A stretch of DNA of 64,000 nt from a virus. Lineage: Duplodnaviria > Caudoviricetes. The stretch spans positions 8,726 through 72,725 of IMG/VR virus record IMGVR_UViG_3300012122_000001, one strand, 5' to 3'. A program made the translations under genes and the position numbers. This document shows positions 44,109 to 54,810 of the stretch, one piece after another (position 1 is the stretch's first letter; each line of letters opens with the position of its first letter). The notes beneath the pieces were generated by a model. The model saw only the letters and a list, made by a program, of their open reading frames with translations. It ran no database searches and had not been told where the DNA came from.

Positions 44109-45929
44109 CTACACCCCCACCGAAAGAGCATCCAGGATCTCGTCGGACGGGCGCATCCGCTCCGTGTTCTTGCCGACCAGGACACCCGCGGTCCGGAGCG
44201 TCGAGAGGATGTTCCGGAAGCCGCCGGAGACTTCGTAGCCGGATGCCGTGGCGAGCTCGTTGATCGTCAGCCCGTTTCCGCCCGGCTTCTCGATCTCGAT
44301 CAGCGCCTTGAGGGTCCGCTGCTCGCCGGTCCCGAAGGACTTGTGGTTGAGCCAGTAGTCGACGAACTCCTGACCCGTGAGGCGCTCCGAGACCGGCGCG
44401 ACCGCGCGACCGGCGTCCGTCAGCTTCATGATCCCCGTGTTCAGCCCTTCCATGTATCCCGCCGTCCTGGCGGTCGCGAGCGTGTTCCGGAAGCCACCGG
44501 AGATCCGGTAGCCCGACAGCAGCGCCAGCTTGACGATGTCGCAGCCGTCCGGGTAGTCCACCAGGACCCCCAGGACCGCCTTGACCGGCTTGTCGATGAC
44601 CATGTCGCTCGAGGTCGGCGTGTTGAAGGCGAAAGCGTCCTTGTACTGAACCGGCTTCGTCACTGGAGCCTTCTTCTGAATCGGCGCCGGAGGCGGCGGC
44701 GCCTTCTGGGTCAGCTTCGACGTGTCGAGCTTCGCCGCCACGGCCTTGAGATCTCCGATCCATCGATCGACGTTGATCATCCCGGAGAACTTCGTGATCG
44801 CTTCGACGGCCGACAGAGCCTTCTCCGCGGCCTTCGCGATCGCGCGGGCCTGCCGCTTCCCGACCACCGGAACCTCGACGATCTTGTCGACCGAGACCGT
44901 CTTCATGTCCGTCACGACTACCTGCTTCGTCTTCTCCAGGGTGGAGATCTTCCTCTGGAGCTCCTGGATCTCCGCGCGGAGCTGCTTCTCGTTCTTCGCC
45001 CTGGTGTCGACCTCCTTTGGGAGGTCCGCGAGCTTCGGCAGCAGCGTCTTGATGACCTCCGGCACGGGCGGCGCCTTGGCGCTGTAGCCCTTCGACCCGG
45101 CCTCCTGGTGCTTGGTCGAGACCGCGTCGACCTTGAAGAGGGTCCGCTCGTTCGCGACGGCGCGGCCGAAGGCGATGAAGTCTCCGGGCTCGAGGTTCCG
45201 GAGCGTCTTCCGGAACTCCGGCTTGTCCTCGCGCGAGACCGACATGAGGTCGGTCGCGCGATCGACGTCGACGTCCTCGACCGTCATTCCGACGAGGCGG
45301 TTGAACAGCTCCGCAGAGGCGTCCTTGTCGAGCTTCGCGAGGCGCTGCGTGGCCCAGACGGCACAGAGACCGCGCTTCCGGCCGACGGTCGCCAGGGCGA
45401 TCATCGCTTCCTTGCAGCGGGAGATGATCTCGCGCTCGACCATGCTGGCGGCCTTCGGCGACTCCTGGGGGCAGAACTGGTGCGCCTCGTCGACGATGAC
45501 GATGCAGTCGTGCCAGAGGTGCTTCGGCGCGTCGATCAGGCCCTCCAGGAAGGCCGCGACCCAGGCCCGTCGCCCGGACGGATTCGTCCGGAACGCCTCG
45601 TAGAGATCGCAGATCGTCGACGTGCCGAGCTCCAGGAGCTTCTCGGCGAGCAGCCGGGCCGACCGGACGTCTGCTTGGATGTCGGCGCCCTGGTCGACCT
45701 GCCCGACGTGCAGGAACCCGTACTTCGGCCGGAGGCTGGCGAACTCGCCCTCGCGGTCGATGATGATGATCTGGACCTTCCCGAAGATCAGCTCCGCCAG
45801 CAACCTGATCAACCAGGACTTTCCGCCACCGGAGTTCGCCTGGATGAGCAGGCGCGTCCGGAGCAGCACCTCCAGGTGAAACTGGATTAGCTTGACACCG
45901 TGCCTTCCGATGACGATCCCTTTTGACAT
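44109..45929 (-). CDS. HerA/FtsK-family ATPase (DUF87-like) with coiled coil and C-terminal helical/wHTH-like domains
   Basis: Walker A QANSGGGKS, IIIIDREGEF, Walker B IVIVDEAHQF, GRKRG Arg-finger region, ATQR. Confidence 0.85.
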   Translation of the reverse strand: MSKGIVIGRHGVKLIQFHLEVLLRTRLLIQANSGGGKSWLIRLLAELIFGKVQIIIIDREGEFASLRPKYGFLHVGQVDQGADIQADVRSARLLAEKLLELGTSTICDLYEAFRTNPSGRRAWVAAFLEGLIDAPKHLWHDCIVIVDEAHQFCPQESPKAASMVEREIISRCKEAMIALATVGRKRGLCAVWATQRLAKLDKDASAELFNRLVGMTVEDVDVDRATDLMSVSREDKPEFRKTLRNLEPGDFIAFGRAVANERTLFKVDAVSTKHQEAGSKGYSAKAPPVPEVIKTLLPKLADLPKEVDTRAKNEKQLRAEIQELQRKISTLEKTKQVVVTDMKTVSVDKIVEVPVVGKRQARAIAKAAEKALSAVEAITKFSGMINVDRWIGDLKAVAAKLDTSKLTQKAPPPPAPIQKKAPVTKPVQYKDAFAFNTPTSSDMVIDKPVKAVLGVLVDYPDGCDIVKLALLSGYRISGGFRNTLATARTAGYMEGLNTGIMKLTDAGRAVAPVSERLTGQEFVDYWLNHKSFGTGEQRTLKALIEIEKPGGNGLTINELATASGYEVSGGFRNILSTLRTAGVLVGKNTERMRPSDEILDALSVGV

Positions 45930-45955
45930 CCCCGTCTCCTTCTTCTTCCTTCTTC

Positions 45956-46747
45956 CTACCGGATCTTTCCAAACGCCGCGGATACCTCGTCCTCCGTTGT
46001 GTGGCTGTACACCTTCAAGAGCTCGATCGACGCCCACCGCATCTCCTGGCGGATCGTGTTGGGGTCCAGGCCGGACCGAACGAGCCTACTCGCGCGGGTA
46101 TGCCTCAAGATGTGAACAAGGCTCGCCCGATCCGGTTTGATCTTGTCGAGGATCCGCTCGAACGTCCTCTGGAACGTCCTCTTCGCCATCGGGAAGAGGA
46201 GGTCGTCCGGCTTCATCTTCTTCGACCAGAGCTGGAGCTCGACGACGAACTTGCCTTTGTTGTCGAGGTGGACCGGCAGCAGAGGATGCCCGGCCTTCTT
46301 GAGCGTCGGGATCCGGACGATCGACAGCGGGCCGTCCTTGAACTCCAGGTGCCTCTTGCGGACCAGGAGCGTCTCCCCGCAGCGGCATCCGGTCTCGAGC
46401 GTGAAGCGCAGGCCGACTCCGAACGGCTTCTCGAGCTTGAAGGATGCGGCCAGGACTTTCGAGAACTCCGCGTCGTTCAGGAACTTCCTCGAGTCGAGCG
46501 AGGTCGACGTCGCGCTCGAAGCGGTCCCCTTGTAGTACTTCGACCGGCAGCAGCCCGCCACGCAAGTGATGATCTTGTCCTTCCGGCCGGAGACCTTCAG
46601 AGTCTTCTTCTCGCAGACGTGATCCTTGGCAGTGCAGGTCTTCGCGCGCCCCACCATGTTGAACCGGGCCATGAACTCCCGGTTGCAGACGTGGCAGACC
46701 GCGGGAACGTTGTACTCCTTGTCGACTTTGTCGATCTTCTTCTTCAC
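45956..46747 (-). CDS. tyrosine recombinase with Cys-rich N-terminus
   Basis: TGCR..E, TLK, HILRH, RW.SI and VYSH catalytic pattern; GTGA-coupled start. Confidence 0.9.
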   Translation of the reverse strand: MKKKIDKVDKEYNVPAVCHVCNREFMARFNMVGRAKTCTAKDHVCEKKTLKVSGRKDKIITCVAGCCRSKYYKGTASSATSTSLDSRKFLNDAEFSKVLAASFKLEKPFGVGLRFTLETGCRCGETLLVRKRHLEFKDGPLSIVRIPTLKKAGHPLLPVHLDNKGKFVVELQLWSKKMKPDDLLFPMAKRTFQRTFERILDKIKPDRASLVHILRHTRASRLVRSGLDPNTIRQEMRWASIELLKVYSHTTEDEVSAAFGKIR

Positions 46748-47982
46748 TTCGGTCCAAAGGGGTTGATTGCCTGGAGGCTCTCGATGGGCAACAGCGGCGC
46801 TCCCGCGATCTTCCTGGCCTTCAGAAACACCCCAGGGAAGGTCGGGATGTCCGACTCCAGGGTCACGATCTCCATGTCCGCGAAGATCTTCTTGAACTGG
46901 TCGATCGTGAAGCGCCAGTGATCCTCGGGATACGGGTGGTACGGGAAGCCGGGCGACCGGGTGGTGATGACCAGGAGGCCGCCGGGCTTCGTCACGGCCT
47001 TCAGTTGCATGACGGCCTTGCGCCACTCCTTGACGTGCTCCATCATCTCTGTCGAGATCACCACGTCGAAGCGGTCCTCGCCGAACTCCTTCACGAGGTC
47101 GTTGACGCTGACGACGCGATCGACGCATGGGCCGGTCTGAGAGTCGACGCCCAGGTACGACTTCGGGCCGAGCTTGTCGACGACCGTCCGCGGCGTCCCG
47201 TTCACGTTGTAGCTCCCGACTTCGAGCACGGTCTTCTTCGTGACCTCGAACTCGGTCAGAGCCCTACGCAGAAAGTCCATGGCCGATGGGTGCATGTCAT
47301 CCCTCCAGTATTTTTTCCACTCGGAAATCTTCGCGTCCGTTACGCTGCCGTTGTTGTAGAGCCACTGCGGGCCCACGTTGTCCTGGGTCAGCCTCCCCAT
47401 CTCCCCCCATCGGAAGTGCATTCCCGGATATCCCTCGACGCCGTAGAGGCTCTTCTCGATCCGGCGCCAATTCCGCATGAAGAGGTCGCGGTGCTTCAGC
47501 CAGAAGAACGTTCCGGCGTAGCACCAGGAGGATCCTCCGTGCTTGATCGCGTGCCGGAAGCATCCGATCGCCGGGTACTTCTGGAGCAGCCGCTCGATCG
47601 ACGGGATGGACTCGAGGTTGAGGATGTACATCGCGCGGCACCAGTCGCGGATCGCGTCGACCTGCTTCCCGGTCCTGGTGACCCCCTTCGCGTGCGCGTA
47701 GAAGGTCGCCTCGTCCGGATCTCTCGACTCGAGGCGCCCCAGGGTCTCGATGAAGAGCCTCGTCTCCCCGAGCTCCCGATCGTTTCGCTCGAAGGAGACC
47801 TCGGCGTCGAGCCGCTCCAGGGCCTCGGTCACGACTGCCTTGGACTCCGTCTCCTTGTCCATCACGACGGTGATGATCCGGCGCCCGTTCCAGGCGCTCC
47901 GGTATTCCAGGAGTCGGTCGACGTGCCATCTCCAGATCGATTCCTTCTTCGGGTACAGGTGAAACAGAAGGTTCCTTTTCAT
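46744..47982 (-). CDS. glycosyltransferase-like domain fused to a SAM methyltransferase
   Basis: N-half YAHAKG...W...M...GTFFW pattern; C-half VLEVGS.NVNG, FDVVISTEMMEHV, KPGGLL and P.H.YP.D.WRF. Confidence 0.7.
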   Translation of the reverse strand: MKRNLLFHLYPKKESIWRWHVDRLLEYRSAWNGRRIITVVMDKETESKAVVTEALERLDAEVSFERNDRELGETRLFIETLGRLESRDPDEATFYAHAKGVTRTGKQVDAIRDWCRAMYILNLESIPSIERLLQKYPAIGCFRHAIKHGGSSWCYAGTFFWLKHRDLFMRNWRRIEKSLYGVEGYPGMHFRWGEMGRLTQDNVGPQWLYNNGSVTDAKISEWKKYWRDDMHPSAMDFLRRALTEFEVTKKTVLEVGSYNVNGTPRTVVDKLGPKSYLGVDSQTGPCVDRVVSVNDLVKEFGEDRFDVVISTEMMEHVKEWRKAVMQLKAVTKPGGLLVITTRSPGFPYHPYPEDHWRFTIDQFKKIFADMEIVTLESDIPTFPGVFLKARKIAGAPLLPIESLQAINPFGPK

Positions 47983-48248
47983 CGCGGATACTCACGGGAT
48001 CCTTCCAGCTCCAGGAGCCCGGCTCTGACGGCCTGGACGAGCGTGCTGACCTCCTCGGAATACCACCAGGACCCGGAGTTCCAGTTCCAGATCGCGACCA
48101 TGCCGTGATGGACCATCAGTCCGGCGTGGAAGTATCGGTCCTCTTTGTCGAAGCTCCAGTAGAGGTCCGAGAAGTCCTCGTACGAAACCGCTAGAGCAGG
48201 GCAATAGAAATCGATCGGCTTGCTTGGTGTTACTGCTTCGGATCCCAT
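47979..48248 (-). CDS. small Trp-rich hypothetical protein
   Basis: SD-supported ATG 48248, coupled to the next gene. Confidence 0.6.
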   Translation of the reverse strand: MGSEAVTPSKPIDFYCPALAVSYEDFSDLYWSFDKEDRYFHAGLMVHHGMVAIWNWNSGSWWYSEEVSTLVQAVRAGLLELEGSREYPR

Positions 48249-48383
48249 CTCTCTTCTTCCATGCTCCAGAATCGCTGGCCCCTCTGCGATGCGCGAGTTA
48301 CAGTCTGCGTCGTACAATGGCCGCTTCGTCAAGCAGCCGCACCCGCGGGTTTCCTCGCGCACCGCAAAGGAGCCAGTCCGAGG

Positions 48384-48421
48384 AGTGTACCATACGGCAC
48401 TCTTGTCTGCTAGAGTGCCAT
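48384..48421 (-). promoter_or_regulatory. extended -10 promoter with upstream inverted-repeat operator
   Basis: TGGTACACT on the minus strand; perfect GGCACTC-N10-GAGTGCC at 48396-48419. Confidence 0.6.
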
Positions 48422-48429
48422 GAAATTTC

Positions 48430-51257
48430 CTATGCTTTCGGAACTCTCCACCGCGGCAGCGGGCATCCACCGAAACTATCTTCCGGGTGCCCGCAGTTCA
48501 GCTCTTCTCCGTGCATCGGGCACGCCCTGTAGATCAGGGTGTGGAAGCACGTTCCACAGTTCGAGCAGCGCCTCCATTGGTAATCAACAAATCCGACGGC
48601 GTCGCTGATGAAGACGCGCTTGTGGTGGCCTCTCTTGAGCAGGCGATGGAAGAACCTTTTGATCGAGAACCACGAAACGTAGGACATCAATCCCCTCCCA
48701 CGAACTTCAGATTCTTCTCCGAGACGGCGATCGCGTATTTCAGGTAGCAGTTGTCGATCGTGTCGAACCGCTTCCAGAGCGGCCGGTGGTCGTGGATCCA
48801 CCACTCCGCCAGGGCGCCGAAGGATCCGGACAGCGGGCCGGTGTCCTTGGTCTTGACCCACTTGGCGAACCCCTTCCGGGCCTTCGTCAGGTCTTCCCAG
48901 GTCACCGGCAGGATCACTGCGGTGAACTGGCGCTCTTTTTCTCCGCGCAGCAGGATCGTAATCATAGGGGCATCAAAGCAAATCCTATGCCGACCGATGC
49001 TCCTGGGGAGCGCATCAAGGAGGTGAACGCTATCGTTCATTGTGGTGAACGCTTCCGTGTATCGGGCCCCACTGGAGATGCCACCGCAGGCCGCACTTGC
49101 AGACCGCGGCGCCGTCCTTCGTCCTGACGTAGTCGGGCGACTTCACGCGGCGCCTGGACGGCGTCGCGATCGTGAACCGGCACCCGCAGGGGAACTTCTC
49201 AGGCGCCAGGAAGAACGCGGCGACGGCGGGCATCCTTACCTTTTCTGTGCCAGCTTGACTTCGAACTTCATCTGGCTCCAGCGCACCGGGAACCGCTTCT
49301 TCGACAGCTCGACCATCTCCTCGAACGTGAACGTGCCCTGGGCGAAGTAGTTGCTGTTCGATCCAGGTCGCGTGTCGATCGTGCGGTCCCAGAACGAGAG
49401 CGCCGTCCATCCATCTTTGTGATGAAGCAGAGCTTCTCCGACAACTTCAGGGCAGCTTCTAGAATAGCCATCCCCAGGAACGCTGCCCTGGCAGAGGCCC
49501 CCGTCCACCTCTTTCCACGGAACATCGGGATGAGGGTAGTCGTAGATCCGGCCGCCCTCCTCCGAGTAGAAGTAGTGCCCGACATCTCCGAGGGGACCGA
49601 AGTACAGCATTTTCGGCTCTGACATTCTTCACCTTTTCTGTGCCAACAAGACCTTGAGCCGCTTCCAGCACGGGTCGCACAAGGCGACGAAGTGCTGGCA
49701 AAGATGTCCCAGGTGGATCAGGTGGCGAGGGCGGTCGATCTTCCCGCAGGAATGGCATTCGGCATCGTCCTCGGTGAATCGTTCGAGGCGGATCCCTTCG
49801 GAAGCGTATGTGCGGTCTGGAGCAGTCTTCGGCATTCTTTACCTCTACCGTGCCAACTCGAAACACTTCTCAAAGTCTTCATTGGAGTACGGGCAGCGAC
49901 TCCCATCCTCAAGGGTCACGACCCATTCTCCAGGGCGGATCTGAATTTTCCCGCTCCCCGTATCGACGAAGTAGCTGTAGATCGGTCCGTACTTGTGCCT
50001 GAAGAAGCTCTGGTCGCTCGAATCTCCACCATAGCGAGCCTCTGGGCCACGCTCGACTCCGGCAGGAAGCGGATCGTCGGAGTTCACGAACTGGACCGCG
50101 TCGACCTCGATCCGCTTCGTCGTATATTTCATCGCTTCGCCTTCACCCAGAAATAGAAACAGGCGCCATGCTAAACCGAACGAACACCGGCCGATTCTTG
50201 TGCTTCTTGCACGTCAGGGAGATTCCGTGGCCGCGGCACTCGTAGCCACCGTTGCACGCTTTGCAGACGTACTTCCTGACTGGGCGACGGCAGTGGAAGC
50301 ACTTCAATGGCTCCTCTTCCCCTTGCACTCGCCACAGCAGCGGCGATTCTTCCTGGTCTTGTTCGGACCCTGGCATCGCTTCAGCGGCTTCGCGCAGTAG
50401 AAGCAGGGCCAGCCCATCGCCTGCCTGGGGCTCTCCACGATCGTGATCTTCGGCATCAGACCTCCACCTGGGTCTTGAAGTAGTGGAGCACTCTGTTGAC
50501 GAACTCGATGTACTTCTCCATGTAGGTGCTGGTGCGGTCCGCCTTCTCCCGGACTCCGATGACCGCATTGGAGAGGCTCTGGCCGACTCCGATCCCGTGG
50601 TTTCCCTCGGCCTGATACAGCTTGTCGCTGCGTTCCCAGACCTTCATCTTGAACTCGGGGTGTGACCGGAAGGTCCAGGTGTTCCAGCCATCCTTGGACG
50701 TCTTCAGGGTCACCCGAAGCTTCGGGACGCGCTTCCTGGTGCCGACAGGCGCCGGATCCCCGCCGCCGAAGTACTGCTTCCAGTTCGCGGAGACGTCGAT
50801 GTACGGGCGAGCCAGGAGGGCCGCCTGGGACTCTTCCATCGTCCGGCCGGTCGCCGAGGCGTAGCTCTCGATGATCTTCCAGAAGCGGTTGTCCAGCCAC
50901 TCGTCCAGGTGGAGGCTGTTGTCGATCTCGTTCCGGTCCCGGAACATTTGGATCCCGGCCTCGTTCAGGCGTCCGCGGACGGTGTCCTTCCAGGAGACGT
51001 AGTAGTCCCACTCCTTCAGGAGCTCCAGGACTTCTTCCTCGCTGTACTTTCTCGGCATAACCGATCTCCCTCTAGGCCTTCTTGGTGACGCACTTTAGAA
51101 CGTCGCCGAATGCCATCCCCCATAGTACTCCGGTTATGGCTACCGAGGCTATCTTCATCCAGTGGAACTCACCCCACCAGAGCGCAGACGAAATGGTGCC
51201 CGAGAAGCAGAAGGTGTGGCAGCCCACCAGGATGAGTTTCCTCCGGGCGGTCGTCAC
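48430..51257 (-). CDS. array of about 10 small hypothetical genes, several Cys-rich
   Basis: For example 48430-48687, 48687-48965, 49030-49233, 49236-49625, 49629-49835, 49845-50132, 50456-51058 and 51072-51257; coupled or SD-supported. Confidence 0.65.
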
Positions 51258-51258
51258 G

Positions 51259-51606
51259 TTAGATGAACTCCTTGTCCGCCTTGTCGGCCTCCAGCCACCG
51301 GACCGGCTTCCCGGTCTTGACGGCGTGGCGGATCTCGCCGCGCGTCGAATCGCCGATGTAGCCGCCGACGTTCAGCACCAGGATCTCGTCGGAGATGTCG
51401 ATCTTCTGTTTGTGGAGGACGTCCAGGGCCTCCTTCTGCTGGGGCGTGATGCCCACGCCCTCGCCATGGACCTGGGCGTTGTGGGGATAGAATCCGACCG
51501 AGAGGACGATCCGCCCCTCCATCGTCTCCCGGAAATTGGCCTCCTGGAAGGCCGGATAGAACCTCGTCGACCCGCACAGAGTCACGACCCTCGGCTTGCT
51601 CATCAC
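51259..51606 (-). CDS. nucleoside 2-deoxyribosyltransferase-like (NDT-fold) protein
   Basis: TLCGSTRF, H..KID.SD.I.V.N..GYIG.ST..EI..A motifs. Confidence 0.75.
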   Translation of the reverse strand: MMSKPRVVTLCGSTRFYPAFQEANFRETMEGRIVLSVGFYPHNAQVHGEGVGITPQQKEALDVLHKQKIDISDEILVLNVGGYIGDSTRGEIRHAVKTGKPVRWLEADKADKEFI

Positions 51607-51612
51607 CCCTCC

Positions 51613-51981
51613 TTAGAAGTTCACGATCGCCACGCAGTCCAGACACGGGCACTTGCAGTCGTCGGTTTTCACGCAGATCAGACCGTAGCAGTGGACGGCT
51701 TTGACCTTCCCATCCTTCAGCGTTCCGACCTTCCTGGAGTACTCCAGGTACTTCTCGACTCGCGCGCGCTTCGCCGCTTTGTCCTCATCGCGCACGTCGA
51801 GACCGAGCATCTCGATCATCGCCACCACGTCGGCCGCCTCGCGCTCCAGGCGCCGCTTGTTGTCCTCGCCCTGCCCCTCCTGGACGTCGGCGAGTCCGAA
51901 CCGGAGCACCTTGCACACTCGCTGCGTGACCTCGCCGCATTCCTCAGCCAGGATGGTCAACAGGTGTTCGGTTCTGTTCAT
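51613..51981 (-). CDS. MazG-like NTP pyrophosphatase
   Basis: LAEECGEV...K.LRFG...L..E.AD pattern. Confidence 0.75.
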   Translation of the reverse strand: MNRTEHLLTILAEECGEVTQRVCKVLRFGLADVQEGQGEDNKRRLEREAADVVAMIEMLGLDVRDEDKAAKRARVEKYLEYSRKVGTLKDGKVKAVHCYGLICVKTDDCKCPCLDCVAIVNF

Positions 51982-53116
51982 AGATCACTCGGAAGGCGGA
52001 CGATCCGGACGTCCCGCTTGATGCTCTTCTTCGCGGCCTGGAGACCGTGATGCTGCCAGCAGTAGTTCCTGAGGCCTGGACCCATGACCTTCTTCGGATG
52101 GACCGGGTGACAGGCGCGCGACCACTCGTCGATGACTTCCAGGCACTCCTTCTTCGCCTTCTCGAATCCCCTGACGAACGCCTCTTGCTCTGCTGACACG
52201 TTACGCTCCTTTCACTCCGGACCACGGCCAATCCCGACGAAATAGGTGCGGATGCGACACCCTCAACTGCTCCAGAGCGTCTCGATGCGCCTTGCACATT
52301 CCCCCCTGGGGATGCAGCGTCTTCATGCACTCCGGACCGCAGTACCACCAGTCGCCTTCCCATTCTCCGCACGGCATCTTCGGCTTGTCCTTCTTGCAGG
52401 TCATGCAGACGACGTGCGGGATGTAGCAGGCCGGGCACGCGGGAACCTCGTACATTTTTACCACCTCATCCACTCCTTCTCGTCCGGGACGATCTTGCCG
52501 CTCTGGATCGTCCAGGCGCCCTTGGATGCCTCGCCGATGCAGTAGAACCCCATGCTCTTGCAGTTCTGGCGATCGCAGATCCACTTCGTCACATAGCAGA
52601 CCCTGTCGTGATGGAGATTGTGCCAGCCGTTGGGACAGTTGCCGAACGGCACCATCCAGACCCTCTTGTCGATCGACAGGTGCCGCTTCCTGCAAGGAAG
52701 AAGCAGGCACGGGAAGGCCTTGAAGAGCTTGTGGACGAGATTGACGACGATCAGGATCGCAAGGACGCTGGCGAATACGATTAGAAACGCAAGGTCACCC
52801 GTTGTCATTTGCCCCTCTTCTTCCTGTCCCTGGCGCAAAGGATCGCCCAGACCAGCACTCCGAAGCCGAGCCCGAGCGCCATCGGGACGAACGGCGACAG
52901 CTCCGGCACGAGCTACTCCTTCCCGCCCATGAACGCTTTGATGCCCTTGACGATGATCCCGGAGATCTTGTTCTGGTCCTTGCCCTCGCCCATGTCGATC
53001 GCCTTCTGGACGATCTCCATGAGGTCGTTCCTCATCCCCTTCTTGCTGGGGTCGTCCTTGCTGTACCGCTCCAGGAACGTGTCGACCTGCTTCATCAGAT
53101 CCGTCAGCATCTTCAT
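51978..53116 (-). CDS. small hypothetical genes (51978-52199, 52201-52455, 52458-52808, 52913-53116)
   Basis: Cys-rich or TM-containing short ORFs with SD sites. Confidence 0.6.
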
Positions 53117-53200
53117 ATCTCCTTTTTGTGATATAATCCGTTCAACACCCGCCCCACACGGAGGGGGTTGCGTTCCGGCTGTACCGGCCGTGGCCCCCTC

Positions 53201-54208
53201 CTACCCTAACGAGATCTCCTCCCAGTCCTTCATCACCCGATCGAGAACCACGTCGGATCGGAACCTTGCCGCGCTCCGGACCGCGGCAGTGCTGACTTCC
53301 TCGAACCCCTGGTCCGAAAGGTCGATCGCCATGCGGATCAGCGACTCGGCGTGCTCGACCGAGGTGTAGGTGCTCCCGGCGCCGCCCAGGTAATCCAGCA
53401 CCTCCGGCCCCTGGTTCCTGGCGAGGACGTAGGCGCCGGTCGCCATCGCCTCGGCGATCGACACCGGCATCCCGAATGGGTGGGAGGTCGGATCCGACGT
53501 GCTCATGTAGATCCCGGCCATGCGGACGAGGTCCGCGGCGTCCTTCCTGCTGATGTTTGTCTGGATCTGGACGCGACCACCGAGCTTCCTGTTGAGCGCG
53601 TTCATCTTGTCGACGACCTCGGACTCCTTCCCGATCACGGTGTTGATGCCCAGGACGAACTTGGCATCCTCGACCTTGTTTCCGGCGATGATGAAGTGGT
53701 CCAAGGACTTCGTGGGGAGACCAGCCGTCAGCCGCAGCACGGAGCGCCGGATCTTCCAGCTCTGGTAGTACAGGGTCGGGTCGTACGCCACCGGGAGCGG
53801 AACAATCTTGTCGTAGAGCTCCTGGGACTTTAGAAACAGGCAGCTCAACCGCTTCGCGAAGTGCGGGAATGCGTACAGCTTCCTGACTGCCGGATTTGAG
53901 AGGACGTTGGTCGCGCGCCCTTCGCTCCAGTCGAACGAGTGAGCCCTGACGGTCACCTTCCTGGGAAGGCTTTTGATGTAGTACTCCGCCGTCGTCATGT
54001 GGTGGACGTGGATGACGTTCGGGTTGAAGCCGGAGATCGCCTCCTGGAGGGTTTTCCGGTGGACCTTGACCGGCAGCTTGTCCCCGTATCCGGACTGCGG
54101 CGACCAGATCTCGATCTGGACCCCGCGGCTGAGGAAGTACGAGATCTCCGCCTCGACGTAGGACTCGGATCCCTGGGGGTAGTGCGCCAGGATGTAGAGA
54201 GTCTTCAT
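53201..54208 (-). CDS. glycosyltransferase, GT-B/GT4-like
   Basis: YP..SESYV..EI, IHVHH, FGMPVSIAEAMATG..V motifs. Confidence 0.8.
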   Translation of the reverse strand: MKTLYILAHYPQGSESYVEAEISYFLSRGVQIEIWSPQSGYGDKLPVKVHRKTLQEAISGFNPNVIHVHHMTTAEYYIKSLPRKVTVRAHSFDWSEGRATNVLSNPAVRKLYAFPHFAKRLSCLFLKSQELYDKIVPLPVAYDPTLYYQSWKIRRSVLRLTAGLPTKSLDHFIIAGNKVEDAKFVLGINTVIGKESEVVDKMNALNRKLGGRVQIQTNISRKDAADLVRMAGIYMSTSDPTSHPFGMPVSIAEAMATGAYVLARNQGPEVLDYLGGAGSTYTSVEHAESLIRMAIDLSDQGFEEVSTAAVRSAARFRSDVVLDRVMKDWEEISLG

Positions 54209-54810
54209 ATTCCGTGCTTCGTAAAAAGCGCCGACAACGCATCGGTCGCGCAAACTCCGGACGTGATACCGACGTCGATCTGGTGGAGCGTGAAGAGATT
54301 CCTGTTGATGTAAGATCCACGGAGGCCCTTCGAGAAGGCCATGGTCAGCCAAAGGTCCCAGTCCTGGAACCTCTTCAGCTTCGGATCGAACCCAGGGAAC
54401 GCGGAGGTTCGAATTAAGCTCGTCGTATTGATGTAGTTTGATTTCAGAAGACGATCTGGATTGAACGCTCCAGGATACATGTCTCCGGATGCTTGGTCCC
54501 ACTCCAGGCCGTCCGCGACTTTGATCGTGTAGTCGGAGTAGACGAACGAAACGCCGTCGTCCTTCTCGATCTCCTCGACCATCGCCCGGAGACACTCCGG
54601 ACGGATCTCGCAGTCGTCGTCGACGAACAGGATGAACTTCTGATTCGCCGCCTTGGCGCCGGAGTTCCGCTTCTCGTTCCCGTTCCCAGGCCCAAAGACG
54701 ACGATGGTCTGAGCAGGATCCGCGGCCCTGACGGAGGGCAGGCACCGCTCCGTCAGGAACTTGTACCGCGAGTCGATCGTCGGGATCACGACGGTGACTG
54801 GATAGGTCAT
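54205..54810 (-). CDS. glycosyltransferase, GT-A/GT2
   Basis: VTVVIPT, KRNSG, ILFVDDD, FDP.L.RFQDWDLWL motifs. Confidence 0.9.
   Translation of the reverse strand: MTYPVTVVIPTIDSRYKFLTERCLPSVRAADPAQTIVVFGPGNGNEKRNSGAKAANQKFILFVDDDCEIRPECLRAMVEEIEKDDGVSFVYSDYTIKVADGLEWDQASGDMYPGAFNPDRLLKSNYINTTSLIRTSAFPGFDPKLKRFQDWDLWLTMAFSKGLRGSYINRNLFTLHQIDVGITSGVCATDALSALFTKHGI

Noticed and set aside
44109-45929. Calling the HerA-like ATPase the packaging ATPase
   Set aside because: It is 606 aa with long C-terminal extensions and sits in the early operon, unlike the short P9/A32-type enzymes; left as an open possibility only.
48394-48421. Canonical CIRCE element
   Set aside because: The spacer is 10 nt, not 9, and the outer bases differ; kept only as a CIRCE-like operator.
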